64,000 nucleotides of DNA, from the IMG/VR virus record IMGVR_UViG_3300005991_000001. One strand, written 5' to 3'. Position 1 is the first letter of the stretch, and every line of letters starts with the position of its first letter. The translations under genes and the position numbers were made by a program. Source of the DNA: a virus. The notes beneath the pieces were generated by a model. That model was given only the letters and a program-made list of their open reading frames with translations, made no database searches and was not told where the DNA came from. Of this stretch, positions 31,952 to 40,445 are shown in pieces.

Positions 31952-32299
31952 ATGAGTAATGATATATCGCCAATCAAAAAAATAAACATCTTCAATAAGT
32001 ACAACAGTAAGTGTGCTTATTGCGGGACAAGCATTTGTTTAAAAACTTTTCATATAGACCACATAAAACCAAAATCTAAAGGTGGAACTTATAAATACGA
32101 CAATTTAAACCCGTCCTGTGGCGGGTGTAATTTATCAAAATCAAACAGGCTATTAGATGAATGGAGAATTTTCTTGGTTCATGATGCTTCCAAAATTTTT
32201 TTATTAAAAAGCAAGTCGGTATCTGTTTTGAAAAGAATGAAGCATATTAAATTTAAGGCAAAGGACGTTGTTTTTTATTTTGAAAAATTAAATCACTAA
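31952..32299 (+). CDS. HNH endonuclease
   Basis: CAYCGTSICLKTFHIDHIKPKSKGGTYKYDNLNPSCGGCNLSKSN. Track ORF trimmed to the ATG at 31952. Confidence 0.85.
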   Translation: MSNDISPIKKINIFNKYNSKCAYCGTSICLKTFHIDHIKPKSKGGTYKYDNLNPSCGGCNLSKSNRLLDEWRIFLVHDASKIFLLKSKSVSVLKRMKHIKFKAKDVVFYFEKLNH

Positions 32300-32301
32300 T
32301 C

Positions 32302-33012
32302 ATGGCTTACGAAAAAAAATCAATAATAGTTTATGCCGATTGGATGGGTACATTTGAAGAGCTTTCAGATGAAGAAGCAGGGAAATTGATAAAACATTTT
32401 TTTCGATACGTAAACGATTTAGACCCCGAAGCCCCCGACAAATTAACTAAAATTGCGTTCGAGCCTTTCAAAAACTCATTAAAAAGAGATTTAAAAAAAT
32501 GGGAATTAATTCGTGAGAAACGTAGTGATGCAGGGAAAGCAAGTGCAGAAGCACGTAAAAATAAAGACCAACAAAACTCAACAAATTCAACACGTGTTGA
32601 TTTTGTTCAACACAACTCAACAAAATCAACTGTAAGTGATAGTGTAAGTGATAGTGTAAGTGATAGTGTATTAGGTAAACCTAATGATATAATTATTCCC
32701 GAAACAAGTTTCGATATTAATAAGAATCCAAAAATTGACACTGACAAACTCCTAAAATTATTTAACGACATATTCAAAAAAAATTCCCGTGTTGTTCCTG
32801 AAAAAGTTAAAACAGCGTATAAGTCATTAATCAATCAAGGGTACAACAAAGAAGATGTGGTAAAAGCTATGCACGGTGCGAAAGCCGATAAATATCACAT
32901 TGAGAATAATTATAAATATTGCACCATTGAATATTTCAGCAGATCTAAAACTATTGAAATTCACGGACAAACAACCACAGCGACAGACAACAAATACAAC
33001 CCAAGATCATGA
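32302..33012 (+). CDS. replication initiation/helicase-loading protein (phage replisome-organizer type C-terminal domain)
   Basis: 236 aa, immediately upstream of and overlapping dnaB. The C-terminus (…INQGYNKEDVVKAMHGAKADKYHIENNYKYCTIEYFSR…) resembles the conserved phage DnaD-like C-terminal domain. Recalled pattern, not searched. Confidence 0.55.
   Translation: MAYEKKSIIVYADWMGTFEELSDEEAGKLIKHFFRYVNDLDPEAPDKLTKIAFEPFKNSLKRDLKKWELIREKRSDAGKASAEARKNKDQQNSTNSTRVDFVQHNSTKSTVSDSVSDSVSDSVLGKPNDIIIPETSFDINKNPKIDTDKLLKLFNDIFKKNSRVVPEKVKTAYKSLINQGYNKEDVVKAMHGAKADKYHIENNYKYCTIEYFSRSKTIEIHGQTTTATDNKYNPRS
32575..32670 (+). repeat. iteron-like repeat cluster inside the replication gene (candidate origin)
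   Basis: AACTCAACAAA(T/A)TCAAC at 32575 and 32614. 12-bp palindrome CAACACGTGTTG (32588-32599). TTCAACAC x2. GTAAGTGATAGT x3 (32632-32667). Confidence 0.5.
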
Positions 33013-34409
33013 CACATGAAGATATTACGCCCGAAAGAGTTGTGTTAGCTAACTTACTCCAAAGTGATATACATACAACTAGAAAAATAATTAAACTGAT
33101 AAAAAAACAATGGTTTACTCCCGGAATTAATCGAACCGTTTTTGAAATATGTAGCGAATTATGTGACAGCAATATTGCACCTGACTTGGTGACTGTTTTT
33201 AATCACTTCAAAAAAACAAATCGAGTATTCCCGAAAAAAACATCTGTTTCAGATATTTCTAAAATGACAAATAATGTTGTGCCGTCATTCTTTTCGTTTG
33301 ATACATCTGTTTATGGAACGCTCTCACAATTTCAGGAGGAATACAACAAGAAGTTGATGTTAAGAATGGTCAATGGCATCAATATTGAATTAACAAAAGA
33401 CATTGATCAAAGTTATGAGATCGCAAAAAAAGCGCAAAAAGTACTTGATGAAGTAATGACGGATTTAGAATTTAGCGAGGAAAAATCTAATATTGATATA
33501 ATTTTTGGAGTAGTTGAAGATCACAACAACGCAAAGAATGGAACTATTTCAGGCATTGATTTAGGCTACAGCTCTTTGCGTGAAAAAGTATTAATAGAGC
33601 CGACCGACCTTGCGATAATTGGAGCACGTCCAAGCATGGGAAAAACAGCGTTTGCAATTTCTTTGATAGTGAATTTGGTTTTTAGACAGGCTTTGAATGT
33701 TGTGTTTTTTGCAATCGAAATGAACGAAAAGCAAATGGTACGTAGATTATTGTCCGCTTTGACTGGTATTAATTCCAATAAAATGAAATACGGTAATTGC
33801 TCCGATGATGAAATGAAACTAATTTACAATTGCCAAGAACGCACAGAATGGAAAAACATTAAATTTATTTGCGGAGCACGATCACACCAAGACATTAGGA
33901 AAAAAATAATTGAGCAAAACGAAATTGATCCTGTTAATGTTTTTTTTGTTGACTACTTGCAAAAGGTAAAGGCATTAGGGGAAATGAAGCAAAGCCGATA
34001 TGAAGTTGTTACAGAGGTAGCAAACGCCCTAAAAGAAATCAACATGGATATAAAAGTTCCATGTATTGCCTTAGCGCAAGTTTCTAGGGATTCAGCAAAA
34101 GCAAAAGCACAACCAACATTGGCTGATATTCGTAATTCTGGGGATGTTGAGCAAGATGCGGACTTCATTGGATTTCTGCACAGGGACAGTTATTACGGGA
34201 TCACAACTAACGAAGCGGGAGAGTCAACAGAAAATATAGGGGAGTTTATAATAGCAAAAAACAGAGACGGAGCACTTGATACCGTACATATGGAAATACA
34301 TTCAGAAACACAGCAATGGATGGATAAACATAGGTTTCAAGTAAATGAAATTCCTAATTTTAATCATATAAAAAACACCGATTTTGAAAGCGATAAAGAG
34401 CCATTTTGA
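33009..34409 (+). CDS. dnaB: DnaB-family replicative helicase
   Basis: 466 aa. Walker A GARPSMGKTAF, Walker B FFVDYLQ, then ALAQVSRD and IIAKNRDG, typical of DnaB C-terminal domains. Confidence 0.9.
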   Translation: MTHEDITPERVVLANLLQSDIHTTRKIIKLIKKQWFTPGINRTVFEICSELCDSNIAPDLVTVFNHFKKTNRVFPKKTSVSDISKMTNNVVPSFFSFDTSVYGTLSQFQEEYNKKLMLRMVNGINIELTKDIDQSYEIAKKAQKVLDEVMTDLEFSEEKSNIDIIFGVVEDHNNAKNGTISGIDLGYSSLREKVLIEPTDLAIIGARPSMGKTAFAISLIVNLVFRQALNVVFFAIEMNEKQMVRRLLSALTGINSNKMKYGNCSDDEMKLIYNCQERTEWKNIKFICGARSHQDIRKKIIEQNEIDPVNVFFVDYLQKVKALGEMKQSRYEVVTEVANALKEINMDIKVPCIALAQVSRDSAKAKAQPTLADIRNSGDVEQDADFIGFLHRDSYYGITTNEAGESTENIGEFIIAKNRDGALDTVHMEIHSETQQWMDKHRFQVNEIPNFNHIKNTDFESDKEPF

Positions 34410-34698
34410 AACCCTCCAGAACCTACAATTCAGGTTCGGATTACTGCCAATTGTAGCGAGTTGTAAGATACTTTTGAGATTTGAACAGTACGAATTAATC
34501 CACTCGATTAATGAGTTTTTAAAAGAAAGCAATTTTGATTTTGATCACATCGAAGCGCAGGAAGATGTTGAAATGGCAATCGTATCGATTAAAATTCATT
34601 TCATGGTTAATCATGGATTAACTGGAGATATTTACGAAAAGAATTTGCCTTTTTACGTTATGGATGTTTTGGGCGAACTTAAACAATTTTATAAATAA
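34384..34698 (+). CDS. hypothetical protein
   Basis: 104-aa track ORF overlapping the dnaB 3' end by 26 nt. Start uncertain. Confidence 0.45.
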   Translation: MKAIKSHFETLQNLQFRFGLLPIVASCKILLRFEQYELIHSINEFLKESNFDFDHIEAQEDVEMAIVSIKIHFMVNHGLTGDIYEKNLPFYVMDVLGELKQFYK

Positions 34699-34731
34699 AC
34701 CAAAAAATAATTAACCAAATAAAATAGAATT

Positions 34732-35217
34732 ATGAAAGCAATAACAATAAAACAACCATGGGCATCACTAATAATTGAAGGCATCAAGGACATCGAGAAC
34801 AGAACGTGGGCTACAAAGTATAGAGGTCATATTTTGATTCATTCAAGTGCGAAAAGTGACACAAAAATGGAGCGATTAACATCTTCTCAATGGAAAACAA
34901 TAAGATTAAATGGATTGCATGAAAATCGGTTGAATGAGTTAAATTCAGCAATTATTGGTAGTGTTGAGATAGTGGATTGCGTGGTTAATCACAATAGCAT
35001 TTGGGCGGAACAAACCGAGGGATGCTGCATAATGAATGGAAATTGCGTTGGATGTCATGTTGATTCTGTTTTTTGTTTAGCAAGAACAGGCAGAAAAAAC
35101 GGTTCCATAACGGAAAAATTTACATACAATTGGATTTTAGCCAATCCAGTTAAATTTGAGAATCCTATTTTGAATGTAAAAGGCAAATTATCCCTTTGGA
35201 ATTATGAGGAATTATGA
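34732..35217 (+). CDS. ASCH-domain protein
   Basis: MKAITIKQPWASLIIEGIKDIENRTW is the characteristic ASCH/PUA-like N-terminal motif. Confidence 0.75.
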   Translation: MKAITIKQPWASLIIEGIKDIENRTWATKYRGHILIHSSAKSDTKMERLTSSQWKTIRLNGLHENRLNELNSAIIGSVEIVDCVVNHNSIWAEQTEGCCIMNGNCVGCHVDSVFCLARTGRKNGSITEKFTYNWILANPVKFENPILNVKGKLSLWNYEEL

Positions 35218-35335
35218 TTTGTATCAAGATTCAAAATGGATTATAAAGGTCTAATGTATTTAGGCGATGGTGAGATATTCCAGATTGAGCAAGGAAATGA
35301 CATGAAAAACTTTTGGTAAATTAAAAATAAGAATT

Positions 35336-35617
35336 ATGAGCAACTATAAATTTGTAAAAAACATCAACTATAACCCCGAATCGACAGGAATAATTGATTT
35401 AATAAGCCCAGTAACGATCGTTTGTTTTTGTGATGAAGAACAATCAAAATTTATTTTGGAAGCATTAAACAAGCCTAATTTGCAGGATGTTTTAGCCGAA
35501 ATACTAAGCCACAAAATAGAAGGCAACACAACGTGGATTCAAACTGAATTGGTACAAGTCGCAAAAATCAAAGAGGTATTTGCTAAATATGGGGTAAGTG
35601 AAGAAACTAAATTTTAG
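35336..35617 (+). CDS. hypothetical protein
   Basis: 93-aa track ORF. Confidence 0.55.
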   Translation: MSNYKFVKNINYNPESTGIIDLISPVTIVCFCDEEQSKFILEALNKPNLQDVLAEILSHKIEGNTTWIQTELVQVAKIKEVFAKYGVSEETKF

Positions 35618-35622
35618 AAATT

Positions 35623-36609
35623 ATGAAAATATTAGTACCATGGTCTGGAGGGAAAGACAGTCAAGCAACTTTAATTTGGGTTGTTGAGAAATACGGATCA
35701 AAAAACGTTACCGCTGTTTTTTGTGACACAAAATGGGAACACGAAAAAACGTATGGACATGTTCAATTAATCCCAAAAATGCTAGGGGTTGAATTAATTA
35801 TAGTTTCTTCAAAAAAATATGATGGGTTCTTAGATTTAGCCAAGAAGAAAGGTAGATTCCCAAGTAGTCAAGTGGGGTTCTGCACCGAAGAATTAAAGAT
35901 AAAACCAATGATCGATTATGTATTATCTTTGAATGAACACGTTTTGATTTTCCAAGGAATCCGAGCAGACGAGAGCGCAAAACGCAGCAAAATGTTTGAG
36001 AATTGTACATTTTTCAAATATTACTTTGAGCCATACAAAACAAATTCAATGATAGTTGAGAAATATTCTTCAAAATTAAATTTGTCGCTAGTTCAGAGAA
36101 AAAATCTTGAAAAAGCAAAAGCAAGATTAGCGATAGGAAAAGAAGACCCTAAACTACATACATATCGAAAAAAAGAAGTTTTTACTTTTTGTGAAAAGTT
36201 TTCAGATGACATCCAAAGACCCTTTTTTAAATCGACAGCAGAAGAAGTAATATCTTATTCATTGAGTAGAGATTATCCGATAAATCCACTTTATTTCAAA
36301 GGATCTGGTCGTGTCGGTTGTTATCCGTGCAAAAACGTAACTCTACCTGAATTGAAACGAATTTTCGTAAACACACCCGAAACGAAAAAAAAACTGATTG
36401 ACGCAGAAAACGAAACGGGTCGAACCTTTTTTTCTCCCGACAAAGTGCCTGTTCGGTATCGAAGCACAATTGACCCCAAGTCAGGCAAACGGATAACTAA
36501 AATACAGGACGTGATAAAGTATTTAGATGAATCGAACGCAACAGCAGATATGTTTGAAAACGAAAAACAGTTCTCAAAATGCCAATCCGTTTATAATATT
36601 TGCGAATAA
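35623..36609 (+). CDS. PAPS-reductase-family PP-loop enzyme
   Basis: WSGGKDS PP-loop (SGGxDS), GFCTEELKIKP and GIRADESAKR segments typical of the PAPS_reduct fold, and a C-terminal GCYPC motif. Confidence 0.8.
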   Translation: MKILVPWSGGKDSQATLIWVVEKYGSKNVTAVFCDTKWEHEKTYGHVQLIPKMLGVELIIVSSKKYDGFLDLAKKKGRFPSSQVGFCTEELKIKPMIDYVLSLNEHVLIFQGIRADESAKRSKMFENCTFFKYYFEPYKTNSMIVEKYSSKLNLSLVQRKNLEKAKARLAIGKEDPKLHTYRKKEVFTFCEKFSDDIQRPFFKSTAEEVISYSLSRDYPINPLYFKGSGRVGCYPCKNVTLPELKRIFVNTPETKKKLIDAENETGRTFFSPDKVPVRYRSTIDPKSGKRITKIQDVIKYLDESNATADMFENEKQFSKCQSVYNICE

Positions 36610-36717
36610 GCCGTTTTAAGCGCATTAAAAAGAACAAACCAAACAACCCTAAATAAAACCTATTTGAGTTTAGGAAACGTACGGAAAATGCAAACAGAGT
36701 AATTTAAAACTAATACA

Positions 36718-37290
36718 ATGGATTCAGGTTTTATTATAAAATCTTTAAAAAATAGATTTTCACACAACAAATTAAATATTAGCAATGCGTTTATTTATTT
36801 GGAGGAATCTGATTTTCTAACGATTACTCGTGAGAATTTAACTCATGAAATTGAAGTAAAAATATCACGATCTGATTTTAAGGCTGATTTTATTAAGCGA
36901 AAACACAAGTTTTTTAAAGAGATAATAAAAGGGAACAGTTTAGTTACTTTTCGTGGAAGCGAGGACAACGCCACGTGTGATATTTCACACATCATTAATC
37001 CAAACACAAGAAGCCGATTTAGAGCTCATTATCAAACACCAAAAGAGTGGTATTGCAGTATTTCAATTCAGAAAGTCAATAAAACAAGCTTTCCGAATAA
37101 GTTTAGTTTTGCTGTTCCTGAAGGATTAATAAAATCAACCGAAATACCTGAAAATTATGGTCTATATTATGTCTTGGATTCGGGGGAAATTAAAGAGATA
37201 AAACGTGCCAAATTTATACATAAAGAAAAATTTGTAAAATGGGAGGATGTGGCGATGAAGTTTTATTATAAGCAAATTAATTTAAAATAA
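36718..37290 (+). CDS. PD-(D/E)XK nuclease-fold protein (MmcB-like)
   Basis: LEESDFLTITRENLTHEIEVKISRSDF gives a D...E-x-K core arrangement. Confidence 0.6.
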   Translation: MDSGFIIKSLKNRFSHNKLNISNAFIYLEESDFLTITRENLTHEIEVKISRSDFKADFIKRKHKFFKEIIKGNSLVTFRGSEDNATCDISHIINPNTRSRFRAHYQTPKEWYCSISIQKVNKTSFPNKFSFAVPEGLIKSTEIPENYGLYYVLDSGEIKEIKRAKFIHKEKFVKWEDVAMKFYYKQINLK

Positions 37291-37292
37291 GT

Positions 37293-37619
37293 ATGAGTAA
37301 GAAAATAATAAAGAATCTAAACGAGCTCAAAAAGGAGTATGACCAAAGTTGCAACGATTTTGTTTCTAGATTCGCCATAAAACAAGGGTTAGAATTTGAT
37401 GGATGGGTAGGTGATGAAGTAGGTGAAACTGCCTTATTTAACGAGGTGTTTTATTTCAATATGTCCGATGTAATACTTGACTTAATGAATTATTGTGAAA
37501 ACGGATTAATTGTGAAATGGAGCGAAGAAAGCACCGAATTTAATATGTTTAAGGACATTCCTAAGTATATTAATTACAGATCATATATAAGAGGGTTGCG
37601 CTATGATAATTTAAATTGA
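37293..37619 (+). CDS. hypothetical protein
   Basis: 108-aa track ORF abutting the nuclease gene. Confidence 0.55.
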   Translation: MSKKIIKNLNELKKEYDQSCNDFVSRFAIKQGLEFDGWVGDEVGETALFNEVFYFNMSDVILDLMNYCENGLIVKWSEESTEFNMFKDIPKYINYRSYIRGLRYDNLN

Positions 37620-37673
37620 TTTCCAACACTTTAAAAAATAAGTTCAAATAAATTAGGTTCTTTAAAAAGAACT

Positions 37674-38000
37674 TTGTATATTTGTCGAAACAAATTTAAT
37701 TTAAAAACAAATATTGATATTAATACAAATGATGAATTGAAAGATGAAACCGCTAATGGCACAAAACAAGAATTAGCACCAGTACGGGTTCTTAACCTAT
37801 ATGCTGGAATAGGAGGTTCTAAAACTTGGGGTAAAAACAAAAATTTCGATTTAACTAAATATAAAATCAAACACAGAAAAGACCAAATATTGAACAACTG
37901 TGTAAACCCCGATTTAGGGCTATATGTATTTGAACAGTTTTTAGGTCAAAACAGAAAGGTAGTAACTAATCAAAATTCTCTTTTCGGAGATCAATGGTAG
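37674..38000 (+). pseudogene. internally deleted C5-methyltransferase remnant
   Basis: VLNLYAGIGGSKTW (motif I) is joined almost directly to ...HRKDQILNNCVNPDLGLYVFEQFLGQ...NQNSLF, which aligns with both ends of the 30083-30832 protein. Motifs IV to VIII are absent. No ATG in frame downstream of the -7 box. Confidence 0.55.
37677..37684 (+). promoter_or_regulatory. candidate -7 box
   Basis: TATATTTG. It lies inside the track ORF 37674-38000, which argues against that ORF's annotated start. Confidence 0.35.
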
Positions 38001-38101
38001 TATTGCCTATAACGGATTGCAGTTTGAGTTGCTTGTGGGAGGGGAATTGCGCTAAGGTGATGTTATATTTAGGTTTTTTAAAATTAAATTTTATTTGAGC
38101 G

Positions 38102-38476
38102 ATGGACAAAGAAAGCATATTTAAATTACAAAAGATTGATTGCAATTGCAACGACTGTGTGTTTATGGAACGCAATGCCGAAACGTTTAAGCAATCATTG
38201 GAACTGCATCATAAATGGCAACTGGATTACTTTAATACAAGAAAAAACAAACTGATTGAAAAAGCAAAATGGTATAAGGACAAATTTTATGATTTGGAGA
38301 TGTGGGATAATTTATTGACCGAAGCCGAAAATATGAAGTTTATGTTTAACAAAAGTGAGGCATCAATAAATTTCGGAGAGTGCAAAAAATTTGAGAAATC
38401 AGTTTCTTTTTTACCGAACACTTGCCAATTAGAAACACAGGATTGCTTTACGCACAGGCGGGAGGGAAAAATTTAA
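38102..38476 (+). CDS. hypothetical Cys-containing protein
   Basis: 124-aa track ORF (CNCNDC ... C ... C). Confidence 0.55.
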   Translation: MDKESIFKLQKIDCNCNDCVFMERNAETFKQSLELHHKWQLDYFNTRKNKLIEKAKWYKDKFYDLEMWDNLLTEAENMKFMFNKSEASINFGECKKFEKSVSFLPNTCQLETQDCFTHRREGKI

Positions 38477-38542
38477 TTTAAAAAAACTTGAATATAACGG
38501 TCGGGGCTTGCTGTCAGTTTTGCAACCTTAAAATAAAGCACA

Positions 38543-38812
38543 ATGGAAAATAGAATTACTGAACTTGAACAAAAAGTAAAATGGCTAACGGAGGCGGTTG
38601 CAAAATTGCAGCAAGCCCATGTTAGCAGCAGTGCCCATGAAGATAGTTTTTATGATGATGAAGCGGAAGATGATAGGGACTTATATGATGAAGATTATTA
38701 TGAGGAACAAAGAGAAAGAGAGATTGAAGAAAAACTATCTGACTGCCATTGTGGAGCGTATCAATTAAGTAAAAAAGGAGAACTGATATTAGTAGCGGAC
38801 TGCTGTTGTTAG
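38543..38812 (+). CDS. acidic small protein with C-terminal Cys cluster
   Basis: 89 aa. DDEAEDDRDLYDEDYYEEQREREIEE, then CHCG...CCC. Confidence 0.55.
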   Translation: MENRITELEQKVKWLTEAVAKLQQAHVSSSAHEDSFYDDEAEDDRDLYDEDYYEEQREREIEEKLSDCHCGAYQLSKKGELILVADCCC

Positions 38813-38823
38813 GGCATTGCTGC

Positions 38824-38875
38824 TAACTCGCAAATTAGCGAAGTCCATGAGAATTTCCAATATTTAAAACACGAA
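38824..38875 (+). promoter_or_regulatory. conserved bipartite intergenic module, copy 5
   Basis: TAACTCGCAAATTAGCGAAGT - 14 nt - AATATTTAAAACACGAA, 12 nt before the ATG at 38888. Confidence 0.5.
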
Positions 38876-38887
38876 GAATAAAAAAAT

Positions 38888-39271
38888 ATGACAACTAAAA
38901 AAATAACCGTCCAACAATATGCTTTATTGCGTGGTATAACGCAACGAGCGATCACAAAGGCGATAAACAACAATCACAAACTGCCACTTGTTGTAAAAGC
39001 TGAAAAATTTAGCCGTGTATGGTCTTTGACGGTCGAAGCTAATTTACACACGACTTATATTGAAAGTTTGTGCAGAAAAATTTTAGATGAAATTGGATCT
39101 GAAACTCTGATAGGTGTTTCTATTCAAAATTATATGAATAAAAGGGATTTTATTGGTGTGATTATAGCTCTAGGAGATCAGCTAGAGCCGATAAAAAAAT
39201 ACATTAGCAAAGAAACTCATAGCCAGTTGAAGTTGGTTTATGAGGCTGTTTTAGAAATAAATGAGGATTGA
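38888..39271 (+). CDS. putative HTH DNA-binding protein
   Basis: 127 aa. The N-terminus ITVQQYALLRGITQRAITKAINN resembles an HTH. Confidence 0.55.
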   Translation: MTTKKITVQQYALLRGITQRAITKAINNNHKLPLVVKAEKFSRVWSLTVEANLHTTYIESLCRKILDEIGSETLIGVSIQNYMNKRDFIGVIIALGDQLEPIKKYISKETHSQLKLVYEAVLEINED

Positions 39272-39411
39272 TTTCAAAAAAGCATACATAAATGGAGATG
39301 AACGCATTTTTGGAAGCCGTAATATATACGGGATTTGGAATAATTTAATGTACAAATTTAATGTATCAAAAATAAATAGTAAAAACCCATTGCCAAACCA
39401 AAAATAATGAT

Positions 39412-39419
39412 TATGTTTG
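39412..39419 (+). promoter_or_regulatory. candidate -7 box
   Basis: TATGTTTG in the 285-bp gap upstream of the 39557 gene. Confidence 0.35.
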
Positions 39420-39425
39420 TAATAT

Positions 39426-39512
39426 AAATCTGCGTGAACAGATAAAGGCGTTGCTGCTTTGGTGGCACTGATTAGCCCTTACAGATTTTCACGGATTTGT
39501 AGGGGCTTTTTT
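39426..39512 (+). ncRNA. small RNA candidate 2, or terminator-containing leader of the 39557 gene
   Basis: 13-bp stem AGCCCTTACAGAT (39474-39486) / ATTTGTAGGGGCT (39495-39507, two G-U pairs) followed by TTTTTT. About 55 nt of non-coding sequence lies between the -7 box and the stem. Confidence 0.4.
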
Positions 39513-39556
39513 AATTTATAGAGAAATGAAAACAAATAACTAAAATTATAGAAACT

Positions 39557-40315
39557 ATGGAAAGTAAAGAATTAGTAAATTTTAGAATTGGAAACTACAT
39601 TTTAGATACAAATAAAAATAAAGTAATTAAAATGGATTTTGGAACATTGGAAGCTATACATTACAGTAGAAATCAAATGTATTCTCCAATTAAAGTAACA
39701 GTTGAGCATTTAATTAATTTTGGATTTGTTAAAAGAGCAGATTTTGAGTCTTATACAAATATGTGGGAACTAAAAGGATTTATGATAAGTCTTGAATATT
39801 ATATTAATATTCATGTAGATTTGGCAGATGAAATAAAGCATGATTATCATTTAATTAGATGCTATGAAGAATTATTTGTACATGAATTGCAAAATATTTA
39901 CTTTACATTAGTTGGAAAAGAACTTGAGTTAAAACAAGAGTTTCACCCTGCAACTCTTGATATTTTAGAAAAATACGGTAAAGAAATTGAAAAATATGCG
40001 AATGATTATTTTACTTTTCAAATTGTTGAAACCTTAATCGAAGGAGAACACAAAGATGCCTCATTGTATATTATAGCACGTGAAATAGAATATGAATATA
40101 ATATAATTAATGTCTCTGTAATTGATATTACAACACTTAAAATCACCTTATTTTCATTAACGGATCGCCCCCCTTATATTGAAAAAATAAGTATTCTTCA
40201 TGGACTTTCATCATTGGACGCTAAAATTGGTGAAATGCTGAGTTCTTCAATCGCAAACCAATCATTAAAATTATTGGCTAATAAAATAAATCTTAAGAGA
40301 AAAACGAAACGATAA
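39557..40315 (+). CDS. hypothetical protein
   Basis: 252-aa track ORF. Confidence 0.6.
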   Translation: MESKELVNFRIGNYILDTNKNKVIKMDFGTLEAIHYSRNQMYSPIKVTVEHLINFGFVKRADFESYTNMWELKGFMISLEYYINIHVDLADEIKHDYHLIRCYEELFVHELQNIYFTLVGKELELKQEFHPATLDILEKYGKEIEKYANDYFTFQIVETLIEGEHKDASLYIIAREIEYEYNIINVSVIDITTLKITLFSLTDRPPYIEKISILHGLSSLDAKIGEMLSSSIANQSLKLLANKINLKRKTKR

Positions 40316-40396
40316 ATTTTAAACTCTTAGGATCTTTATTCAGGAAAAACGCCCATTTTTTCTGCAAAATGAAAACCAAAAAGAAGTATGTGTCAG

Positions 40397-40438
40397 GAAA
40401 GACTTGAAAAAATGCAGAAAGAAAGACTTGAAAAAATG
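40397..40438 (+). repeat. 18-nt direct repeat in a 5' leader
   Basis: GAAAGACTTGAAAAAATG at 40397-40414 and 40421-40438. Each copy ends in ATG, and a 13-codon upstream ORF from 40412 stops at 40449-40451, overlapping the main ATG at 40446. Confidence 0.8.
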
Positions 40439-40445
40439 AAAACAA

